A stretch of 35,093 bases of DNA from a virus (IMGVR_UViG_3300037483_000719:1-35093); one strand, 5' to 3'. Counted from the stretch's first letter, positions 27,664-34,621 are shown. The notes: generated by a model not told the origin, from the letters alone. Translations and numbers: made by a program.

Positions 27664-27993
27664 TTACCTAGCGTTCTTTTTTTGTTTTGACTCTTCTGAG
27701 GCTTCTGTCTGGAAGCCTGCTTTGGAACCATCGGCTATGTACTTGGCCATTTTCTCTGATACCATGCTGGCCACTAGGGGTTCAATGATCTTCTTGAGTT
27801 GATATCTTGGGATGATATTGGTTTCACAAAACTCTTCTTTTTCCGCAGGGCATGCAGAAATCCACCAATTTGCAAAGGCCCGAATAGCATCTGTTTTCCC
27901 ATAAGAGCAGTCCATGCAGGCTCGGTCAAATTCGTCTACGAATTCAGTTGCAAAGGTTGCTGCAAGATTTCTTTTAATAGGGACTGGTTTCAT
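27664..27993 (-). CDS. Putative immunity repressor (ribbon-helix-helix-like N-terminus)
   Basis: 'KRNLAATFATEFVDEFDRAC...YGKTDAIRAFANWW' shows a strand-helix-helix pattern. Divergent from the early operon. Confidence 0.5.
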   Translation of the reverse strand: MKPVPIKRNLAATFATEFVDEFDRACMDCSYGKTDAIRAFANWWISACPAEKEEFCETNIIPRYQLKKIIEPLVASMVSEKMAKYIADGSKAGFQTEASEESKQKKNAR

Positions 27994-27999
27994 AAGCAT

Positions 28000-28155
28000 A
28001 TTCTACAAAATAGGTTAAGAGGGTATACCATTTTAATGTCAAAAAAATAGCTTAAAACGTACGCAAAAATCTTAAGAATTCTATTGTGCATACCGATATA
28101 AGGTGTATACTCATAGTGTGGTTTGTATAGACGTTAGTTATTGAAGGTAATAGAA
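28000..28155. promoter_or_regulatory. Divergent promoter/operator region (genetic switch)
   Basis: AT-rich. + strand has TAAG-N15-ACCGATAT (28073-28099) and TTGTGC-N16-TATACT (28084-28111). - strand has TTGACA and a TAGAAT 6 nt before the repressor ATG. GTATAC palindromes occur at about 28023 and 28105. Confidence 0.65.
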
Positions 28156-28368
28156 ATGAATAACACTTCGAAAACGGGACAAGTCAGATCCGCCAAGACA
28201 AGCCTTGTCCTATTGACAAATGTGCCTCGGTCCTTGAGGGATGAATTCGAGGTGAAGTTGCCAGATTCAGGCTTCACCTCAATTAATGAGGGTGTCCGTA
28301 CCTTGCTCAGAGACTTTCTCTCTGGTCGTATTCAGTATACCAACGGCATGCTGCAAAATCAACAGTAA
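28156..28368 (+). CDS. Cro-position regulator, ribbon-helix-helix (Arc/CopG-like)
   Basis: 'SLVLLTNVPRSLRDEFE......GFTSINEGVRTLLRDF' is a typical RHH pattern. First gene of the divergent operon. Confidence 0.65.
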   Translation: MNNTSKTGQVRSAKTSLVLLTNVPRSLRDEFEVKLPDSGFTSINEGVRTLLRDFLSGRIQYTNGMLQNQQ

Positions 28369-28402
28369 ATTGCCTAACTTTACATAAGCAAAGGAGCAAA
28401 CT

Positions 28403-28876
28403 ATGGTCACGGCGACAGACACAGAGCACAAAACAGAGCGCAAGCGGGTTTCACCTCAGGAGACAGACAGTTGCAGGCGGAAATTACAGGAGATGCTCAG
28501 TATCGAGCAACAAATCCTGGCCAAAGATGTGGAATTCCTCCGCAATCTGGATCTGTGGAAAGGTCAGTTTTCAATCAATCAGGCCGGTTGGATCGATCGG
28601 CTGTACGATCGCTACGTAAAACCAAATCACCAGAACAAAGGAGCTGCCATGCCCACAGAGAAGGATCTCGACAATCGATTCACCTATCACAAGCCCACAG
28701 GCAATCAGCCGTCGCGGTATACCGAGATCAGGCGACAGGCAGGGGACCTGGCCAGGTTCATCAATCTCAACTGCCCTGAGTCCAGGGAGCTGAGCCTGGC
28801 CATCACCAGGCTGGAAGAGGCGGTCATGTGGGCCAATGCCGCGATTGCCCGAAACGATAACCCCACCCACGGATAA
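28403..28876 (+). CDS. Two-part protein; C-terminal 75 aa are an Acb2/Tad1-like helical-hairpin (putative signalling-nucleotide sponge) domain with its own RBS/ATG at 28649
   Basis: 'DLDNRFTYHKP...Q..RY.EIR.....LA..I...CPESRELSLAITRLEEAVMWANAAIARN'. AAGGAG precedes both ATG 28403 and the in-frame ATG 28649. Confidence 0.65.
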   Translation: MVTATDTEHKTERKRVSPQETDSCRRKLQEMLSIEQQILAKDVEFLRNLDLWKGQFSINQAGWIDRLYDRYVKPNHQNKGAAMPTEKDLDNRFTYHKPTGNQPSRYTEIRRQAGDLARFINLNCPESRELSLAITRLEEAVMWANAAIARNDNPTHG

Positions 28877-28909
28877 CTCTGGCGGATCGCCGTTCGCCTT
28901 GGTTTGCTC

Positions 28910-28937
28910 AGGGTCGCGGCCTTCGCGGTCGCGACCT
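28910..28937 (+). other. Strong GC hairpin between early genes
   Basis: GGTCGCGGCC-ttcgc-GGTCGCGACC, preceded by a second hairpin GGCGGA..TTCGCC. Confidence 0.5.
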
Positions 28938-28964
28938 GTATTTAAACCTGGAAAGGATTGAACC

Positions 28965-29225
28965 ATGAAAGAACCAAACCTGCACCACACGCGATTGTCG
29001 ATTCCCCTGAAAAACAGAATGCGGCACCTGGTGCGAGAGCTGGCAGATAAGTACGAGCTGGACGATCGGGCGGTGAACCGTGTTCTGGCGGCATCTCTGG
29101 GTGTGGATGTGGTGCGCAGGCAGTTCGATATGTTTCTGCAGGGTTGGCTGCAGATGGGCCCAGAGTATGTGTCCCTCCTCAAGGGCGACGACGAGACTGA
29201 GGGCGAAAGCGGGGCACAATCATGA
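28965..29225 (+). CDS. Hypothetical DNA-binding-like protein (possible RHH)
   Basis: 'TRLSIPLKNRMRHLVRELADKY' with an AAAGGA RBS. Confidence 0.55.
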   Translation: MKEPNLHHTRLSIPLKNRMRHLVRELADKYELDDRAVNRVLAASLGVDVVRRQFDMFLQGWLQMGPEYVSLLKGDDETEGESGAQS

Positions 29226-29515
29226 CTGTGTCAATCTTGCGTGAGATTCGAAACCGGACAGAACAGGAGCGAGCCCCGCGAACTGGGCATTTTCAGTGTC
29301 AATGGTGTTTTGCCTGGGTGCCTGAGGAGACCGATCAACGGGAGATGTGCGGCGACTGCCTGCGGCTCGCCCATAATATCATCGCGGCAAACAACGCCAT
29401 GCGTGAACTGCTGCTGGGCCTGGATGCAGACGGCGATCAGTTCATCGGTGGTGCGGCTATCAAGGTCACCTTTGGCCCTGGCGGGATCTTCGATTCTGTG
29501 GAGGTGATTAGATGA
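29222..29515 (+). CDS. Hypothetical zinc-finger protein
   Basis: CQWC...CGDC motif and ATGA overlap with the upstream gene. Confidence 0.55.
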   Translation: MTVSILREIRNRTEQERAPRTGHFQCQWCFAWVPEETDQREMCGDCLRLAHNIIAANNAMRELLLGLDADGDQFIGGAAIKVTFGPGGIFDSVEVIR

Positions 29516-29643
29516 TCATCAATAAATGGGTTACGGTCGAAAAAGAAGTACCTTTTTGTCCGTGGTATCGAAACCATAACAACTGAACCAAAAAACGGAT
29601 AGCTTTTGCGGATCGGCTTGGCAACTTTGAAAAACAAAATAGA

Positions 29644-29798
29644 CTGATCCTGCGGCGTGTGTGAAACGCAGCTTTAAGGGTGCGGGCAATCCCAATCAGG
29701 AAAACTCTTTGGCGACTGAGCTATAAAACCTGGGTAGCCAAGCAGGTAGCGGGCGGCGACCACTCCGGAGCGCTGCGGCCAATCCTGCCAGTGGTCAG
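29644..29798 (+). ncRNA. Candidate structured non-coding RNA (tRNA-like outline with large inserts)
   Basis: Closing stem CTGATC-CTG / CAG-TGGTCAG, with GCGT/ACGC, TTGGC/GCCAA and GCAGG(29742)/CCTGC(29784) arms. No convincing ORF covers it. Confidence 0.4.
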
Positions 29799-29813
29799 CT
29801 TTATTCGACATCG

Positions 29814-29843
29814 CTTAAAAACTTAAAACCTAAAACTTAAAAC
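29814..29843 (+). repeat. Heptamer repeat C(T/C)TAAAA x4
   Basis: CTTAAAAA CTTAAAA CCTAAAA CTTAAAA. Confidence 0.8.
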
Positions 29844-29860
29844 CCCGGCCCCTAGCCGGC

Positions 29861-29874
29861 CGCTCTTTGATAAC
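29861..29874 (+). promoter_or_regulatory. boxA-like antitermination site 1
   Basis: CGCTCTTTGATAAC, immediately after hairpin CCGGC-cccta-GCCGG. Confidence 0.5.
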
Positions 29875-29999
29875 ACACGAAAACACGGCAGGCGGTATCT
29901 ATAGAACTTCTCTCAGACAGTATAATCTGTCCTCCTCCACCTTTCCACTGTCGTGTTTTTTTAAATACTCCGATCCTGATGTAACTGGTTTTGAACGTG

Positions 30000-30163
30000 G
30001 GGCCAGGCGTAAGAGGCTTCTCAGCCCAGCGAAAACAACCCTATGCAAATAACTGCCAGGATTCGACTTTTGCAGGGCGACACGGGCGCCGTGGTGCGTC
30101 CGGGTAGGCAGCAGGCTGCAGGCGGTTTCTAAGTCCTGTCCGATTGCAGCCTGAGCCTGGCCC
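30000..30163 (+). ncRNA. Candidate structured RNA / leader (multi-stem)
   Basis: GGGCCAGGC/GCCTGGCCC closing stem, with CTGCC/GGCAG, CGGGCGC/GCGTCCG and CAGGCTGCA/TGCAGCCTG. Followed by CCC-tat-GGG-TTTTTT. Confidence 0.45.
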
Positions 30164-30208
30164 TATGGGTTTTTTAATTATGAATGCTGAATGAGAAAGG
30201 AGACCATC

Positions 30209-30469
30209 ATGGTCAGAGCGAAATTTAAATGTGAAAGTACGACACTTCGGGAAAACAACACGGGGACAGTCACTTTCCGTGCAGTATCAGGTGGATCACA
30301 GGAAAACCTGATGTTCTGGAAGTTTACCCCAGCCGGCGCGATCAGTTTGCATATTGACAATGAAGCAGCCCGAAAGCAGTTTCAGCCCGGTCAGGAGTAT
30401 TATGTCGATTTTACGTCTGCGACACCGGTTGTGGCAGCGGAGAACCAACAACCAATAACCAACAAGTAA
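30209..30469 (+). CDS. Small conserved beta-rich phage protein
   Basis: AAAGGAG RBS. 'VRAKFKC....V.F.AV..GS.EN..FWKFTP.G.I.L.IDN..A..QF.PG.EYYVDFT' is a widespread phage family, recognised by eye. Confidence 0.75.
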   Translation: MVRAKFKCESTTLRENNTGTVTFRAVSGGSQENLMFWKFTPAGAISLHIDNEAARKQFQPGQEYYVDFTSATPVVAAENQQPITNK

Positions 30470-30612
30470 AGAACCCCGACGCCAGGGCGGGCTCTCCCTG
30501 GCACCATTTGGAAACTTACGGCCAGCGGATCTGATATCTGGCGGTTTTAAACAAGTACAGGATGAGCCCTGTAGGATCCGCGTGGCTCTTTAGCTTGCCC
30601 CCGGTGGGACGA

Positions 30613-30632
30613 TGCTCTTTGAAAACTGAACA
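30613..30632 (+). promoter_or_regulatory. boxA-like antitermination site 2 (rrn-type)
   Basis: TGCTCTTTGAAAACTGAACA closely matches rRNA leader/spacer boxA. Confidence 0.6.
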
Positions 30633-30722
30633 GGGGAAAAACATAACGGATCTTGTGGGATTGGATGCGGCTCTATATCATGTCGGCACTGCAACGATGG
30701 GCCGACAAGAAAGGAGAATAAT

Positions 30723-31697
30723 ATGCAACAACCCATCACAGATGCGTTCGAGGTCTACCTTGATCGATCAGATTTACGCCCGAACTCTGTCCGGGCAAAG
30801 CGTCAGGCACTCAGGTTTTTCGTGAAATGGTTTGGGGATTTACCAATAGGGCATGTCAGTTGTGCCATCGCCGAGGATTTTCGGGCCATGCTGGCCAAAG
30901 GCCGGACTCAAGCCAGTGCCAATACCTACTTGGATGTCTTTGCACCATTCTGGCGGTGGCTGTTTCGTCATGGCCGGATACAGCAAAACCCGTTCGAGGG
31001 GCTGGCCAGGTACAAAACGGACCGCAAACCGCCCCAGCAATTTGAGCTGATGGACTTGGAAAGGATGGTCCGTGGGTTTGAGGTGCTCTGGCGCGTGCGT
31101 CTGGCCCTGGGAATGCTTGGCTGCAGGCGTGGCGAAATGCTGAACCTGCATCTCAAGGAAATCCACATGGACACGCGGGATCCGCATATACAGATCGAGC
31201 CCAAGCAAGACGGGCCTACGAGCTGGCAGTGGAAAACGAAAACTCGCAACGTCCGATATGTGGCGCTGCCTGAAATCATTCCCGTGGGCCAGGCAGTGCT
31301 GCAAGTCCACAGGGATATCGTGGAACTGATGGAACAACTGCCAGCCAGGCAGCCGTATATCTGCCTGGAGTCCAGATACTTCGAACACATGCTCAAAAGC
31401 GTCCAGGACAAGACGGTCACCCTGAATCACTACAATGACCCCACGGGCAATTTTCAGAGACTGTTTTACACCAGACAGACCTGGGCCGGTGTCCAGGAAC
31501 CGAAACGTTTTCACGAACTACGCGCCGGTTTCCTGACGTGGATGAATGACAGGTACGGATTGAAACGCGCAGCCGACGCTGCAGGCATTGTCAGCCTGCA
31601 GACCGCAGCCCGTTACGACCGCACGAAAATCATGAGTATTGTCTCAGACATCAACCAAAAAATGACCGAAAAATCTTATATGTCGTACGTCCCATAA
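30723..31697 (+). CDS. int: Tyrosine recombinase / integrase
   Basis: N-terminal core-binding (SAM-like) domain ending 'NPF'. Catalytic 'LGCRRGEML', 'KTK..R', 'FHELRAGF' and 'AGIVSLQTAARY'. AAAGGAG RBS. Confidence 0.9.
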   Translation: MQQPITDAFEVYLDRSDLRPNSVRAKRQALRFFVKWFGDLPIGHVSCAIAEDFRAMLAKGRTQASANTYLDVFAPFWRWLFRHGRIQQNPFEGLARYKTDRKPPQQFELMDLERMVRGFEVLWRVRLALGMLGCRRGEMLNLHLKEIHMDTRDPHIQIEPKQDGPTSWQWKTKTRNVRYVALPEIIPVGQAVLQVHRDIVELMEQLPARQPYICLESRYFEHMLKSVQDKTVTLNHYNDPTGNFQRLFYTRQTWAGVQEPKRFHELRAGFLTWMNDRYGLKRAADAAGIVSLQTAARYDRTKIMSIVSDINQKMTEKSYMSYVP

Positions 31698-31714
31698 GGT
31701 ATGTTATCGGACGA
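31687..31714. other. dif-like 11-6-11 recombination site (candidate attP / resolution site)
   Basis: ACGTCCCATAA-GGTATG-TTATCGGACGA, with near-palindromic arms and the inner ATAA/TTAT of Xer sites. Overlaps the integrase stop codon. Confidence 0.7.
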
Positions 31715-32145
31715 CTTATGATGTCAGAAAACAGGTGTTTTTAGAATCTTATCAGACTGCTTATCTCTCAGTGAGTGACATTTAAGTAGTCTGAAATTAG
31801 GCTTGTAGGTGATCGTTGCAGTTACCTCCTTTTGGGGGCGGGGACCGTTGCTCCTCGCCCCCATATTTTCCCCTGATAACCCACGCCAACGGATCTTTCC
31901 ATTACTGATCTCTCGAAAGTAATCACCTTTCGTTGGCTGACTGGGCGGCTTGAGCCTCTTCCATTCTCCATACGATCTCTCCAGGGCCGTCCAGTTCTTA
32001 ATCTCTCCCCGATGATGGGTATCGGTACATTTGTGTATAGTTGTTGTGTTTTTTATGGCCTGCTTGGGCCGTGGATGAGCAAAGGATTGTAAGCGGTGGC
32101 CAGGATGGCCGGCCACGGTCCAGGCATTTTTTATGAGGTGACGGT

Positions 32146-32538
32146 ATGGCAAAAAAGAAGGATGCAATTCGCGTTGTGGACGATAGCCAGGTCCTCCGGT
32201 GTGATCTGACTGAGGAGCAGGTCCGCAATGCAGCCCAGTGCCTGGCGCGGCAACTGGGCGACAAGGAAATCTTGGATGACCAACTCAAGAGCATCAAGGC
32301 GGACATGAAGGCCAAGCTGGAAAAGTGCCAGGCTGAGATCAATCTTGCGGCCAGACTGGTGCGTGATAAGTTTGAGATGAAGAATGTGCCCGTGTCCAAG
32401 GAATTCAACTACACGCAGGGCATGGTTACGATCATACGCAAAGACTGCGGCGAGATCGTGGAAGCTCGAAAGATGACAGGCCTGGAAAAACAACAGGAAA
32501 TTGATTTTGACGGGCCTGATAAGGATTTTGATTTATGA
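32146..32538 (+). CDS. Conserved phage coiled-coil hypothetical protein
   Basis: GAGGTG RBS and 'DLTEEQ....L......K.....RKDCGEIVEARKMT..EKQ' pattern. Confidence 0.7.
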   Translation: MAKKKDAIRVVDDSQVLRCDLTEEQVRNAAQCLARQLGDKEILDDQLKSIKADMKAKLEKCQAEINLAARLVRDKFEMKNVPVSKEFNYTQGMVTIIRKDCGEIVEARKMTGLEKQQEIDFDGPDKDFDL

Positions 32539-32652
32539 GACTGGTGACGGCGATCCTATGGGGCCTGGCTGCCTTGATGTGTCCTTGGGCGTTTGCTGGC
32601 AGCGGGGCGGTGCGTGGCGTTTCATCCGATCACGAATGACCATTTGGCTTTG

Positions 32653-32865
32653 ATGCCGAGAAAGATACTGGCCCGCGTGTGGGTGGCAGACCACAGCAAC
32701 CTGACGCCTAAAGAGTTGCGGGGGATCCCGGTGACTTGTCTTGGGCGACGTGTGGTTCTGGCTGTTGAGCTTTACCCCTGGTGTCCGTGGCCCAAACCAA
32801 ATGTGTTGGGCGATTTGTTTGGCGGCCAAGATGCCTGGGAATATGTGTTTGTCAAATGGTGGTAG
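32653..32865 (+). CDS. Hypothetical protein (start uncertain)
   Basis: In-frame ATG within ORF 32593..32865, filling the operon gap. Confidence 0.35.
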   Translation: MPRKILARVWVADHSNLTPKELRGIPVTCLGRRVVLAVELYPWCPWPKPNVLGDLFGGQDAWEYVFVKWW

Positions 32866-32883
32866 GCGGCCAGGGGCCGAGGT

Positions 32884-33117
32884 ATGAAGGTTGAATTCGT
32901 AGGTGTGAAAATGGTTGAAATACGAGACAGGAGCGGTCAATTGACATATCTGGAATTGTGGGGCGTCGAGCCAGCGACAGAGGACAGTGGACTGATGGCA
33001 GTGCGTCAGTGTCGCGTGTGCGGCTGTACTGATCTGGACTGCAGCGGCTGTATTGCCAGGACCGGTCAGCCGTGCTGGTGGGTGAGTAACGATCTCTGTA
33101 GTGCGTGCAAGGCTTGA
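32884..33117 (+). CDS. Small Cys-rich (zinc-binding) phage protein
   Basis: 'RQCRVCGCT..DC..C....GQPCWWV..DLCSAC'. Confidence 0.7.
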   Translation: MKVEFVGVKMVEIRDRSGQLTYLELWGVEPATEDSGLMAVRQCRVCGCTDLDCSGCIARTGQPCWWVSNDLCSACKA

Positions 33118-33161
33118 GCCCTGCCAAGTGCGAACCGTGGACCTTTTTAATCGGAGGCATC

Positions 33162-33746
33162 TTGCCCAAATATTCCGTCAATACCAGTCATCAGACGCCG
33201 CCTGAGCTATTTGAAAGACTGAACAGGGAATTCCATTTCAGTTTGGATCCATGCGCCACGAAACACACGGCTCTGTGTGAGAAGTATTTTACACGCAGAG
33301 AGGATGGATTATCGCAGAGCTGGGCAGGCCACAGTGTGTTTATGAATCCGCCATACGACAGATACATAAACAAGTGGGTGAGTAAGGCCTACACTGAAGC
33401 CAGAGACCATCACGCCACGGTGGTATGCCTCCTGCCTGCATCCACCGACACCAAGTGGTTTCACCACTATGCCCTCAGTGGCGAAATCCGGTTTCTGGTG
33501 GGGCGACTGAAATTTTCGGGGCTCGGGCCGGCCAAGTTTGCATCAATCCTGGTGATCTACAGGCCTCAGGCCCTGAAGATCACCAGAGAGACGGCCCAGG
33601 TGACTGGGTATTATTGCCATCACTGTCCTGTGGTGGCTGCCACAAGGAACGCGGCACAGGCCCTGTCTGAGGCACAGGCCCTATACAGAAAAGGGGCCGG
33701 TATTCTCAGTGGCGTGGTGGATTGCGGGGACGATCAAGATGGGTGA
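33162..33746 (+). CDS. Phage DNA N6-adenine methyltransferase (phage Dam family)
   Basis: 'QTPPELFERLNREFHFSLDPCA', 'DGLSQSW', catalytic 'FMNPPY', 'LLPASTDTKWFH', 'GRLKF'. TTG start after GGAGG. Confidence 0.9.
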   Translation: MPKYSVNTSHQTPPELFERLNREFHFSLDPCATKHTALCEKYFTRREDGLSQSWAGHSVFMNPPYDRYINKWVSKAYTEARDHHATVVCLLPASTDTKWFHHYALSGEIRFLVGRLKFSGLGPAKFASILVIYRPQALKITRETAQVTGYYCHHCPVVAATRNAAQALSEAQALYRKGAGILSGVVDCGDDQDG

Positions 33747-34374
33747 AATAGAGGTGGCTGTGTTATTTGTTACAAAAGACTCTGTTTATAAGTCAATGCC
33801 CGGTTGTGATTGCTACGACGCAGATCGTGACGCCGTAACCTACGCGGGGTATCATCCCGTGGTGTGTCATCCTCCTTGCCGGCTCTGGGGTAAATTGTCA
33901 TATTTCAGCACGGCGCCAATGTGTGAAAAGAATCTAGCTGTTTGGGCAGTTGCGAAGGTGCGCGAGTGCGGCGGCGTGCTCGAACATCCTGCATACAGCA
34001 AGTTATGGAATGGGGGGCGATTGCCTATTCCGGAGGGACTGCCTGACGAATATGGAGGGTATACTGTCCAAGTGGATCAGTTTGATTTTGGGCATAAAGC
34101 AGAGAAGCGGACATGGTTGTATATCTGTGGTTGTCGCAGGAACGAACTGCCTGAGATCCCACACTTAGATGGTTCGCCATCACACGTCATCGCGTCAAGT
34201 ACGCAGAAAGCCAAACGGCAGGGATTGAAGCATGTGAATAAAAAAGACCGGATGGCTACCCCCCCCCAGTTTGCTCATTTTCTCGTAGAAATTGCAAGGC
34301 GTTGTGCCAGGCGACCAAGTTTTAATATGATTGGCGATATTTTCGCCCAACCGCCACTCTGGTGGCCAAAGTAA
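33739..34374 (+). CDS. Short DNA cytosine-C5 methyltransferase-like protein
   Basis: 'VAVLF', 'HPPC' (motif IV PC), 'VLEHP' (ENV-like), 'VDQFDFGH..EKRTWL' (motif VIII-like), 'RMATPPQFA'. Confidence 0.6.
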   Translation: MGEIEVAVLFVTKDSVYKSMPGCDCYDADRDAVTYAGYHPVVCHPPCRLWGKLSYFSTAPMCEKNLAVWAVAKVRECGGVLEHPAYSKLWNGGRLPIPEGLPDEYGGYTVQVDQFDFGHKAEKRTWLYICGCRRNELPEIPHLDGSPSHVIASSTQKAKRQGLKHVNKKDRMATPPQFAHFLVEIARRCARRPSFNMIGDIFAQPPLWWPK

Positions 34375-34387
34375 AGGAGTGCTAAGT

Positions 34388-34621
34388 ATGAATCTTAAAT
34401 CGATTGTGACTGTGGCTATGAGCGGGACTGTGGGAAAGATTCTCAGGCCTATTGTTGCGGCGGTATCAGCCCCGATCCGGCATGAGATGGTGGAATTCTG
34501 GGTCAAGATCCGCGATCATGCCTTGACGACTGAGGGCGAGGCTGATGATGCGATGGTGGCTGGGCTCAAAGAGCTGTTTGGTATTACTGATGCGGAGATC
34601 CTGCAGGCGGAGACTGACTGA
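34388..34621 (+). CDS. Hypothetical protein, possibly holin-like
   Basis: AAAGGAG RBS, amphipathic N-terminus, 'T...ADD' motif, directly upstream of the spanin-like pair. Confidence 0.5.
   Translation: MNLKSIVTVAMSGTVGKILRPIVAAVSAPIRHEMVEFWVKIRDHALTTEGEADDAMVAGLKELFGITDAEILQAETD

Noticed and set aside
30047-30135. tmRNA-like words (AAATAACTGCC resume context, GGATTCGAC)
   Set aside because: The order is wrong, there is no tRNA-like domain with T-arm and CCA, and the would-be tag does not end in the typical AA-stop.
30481-30505. tRNA 3' fragment / attP (hairpin ending in CACCA)
   Set aside because: There is no GTTCRA T-loop. It is a simple GCCAGGG/CCCTGGC hairpin after a stop codon, and the dif-like site is a better att candidate.
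31724-32167. 147-aa minus-strand ORF downstream of the integrase (possible excisionase or accessory gene)
   Set aside because: No recognisable motif, no credible RBS or start, and it overlaps hairpin-rich putative regulatory DNA and the next gene. A shorter real ORF cannot be excluded.
34259-34267. C9 homopolymer in the C5-MTase-like gene as a phase-variation tract
   Set aside because: It encodes the Thr-Pro-Pro of an apparently conserved C-terminal motif and the frame is intact. There is no evidence of slippage without reads.
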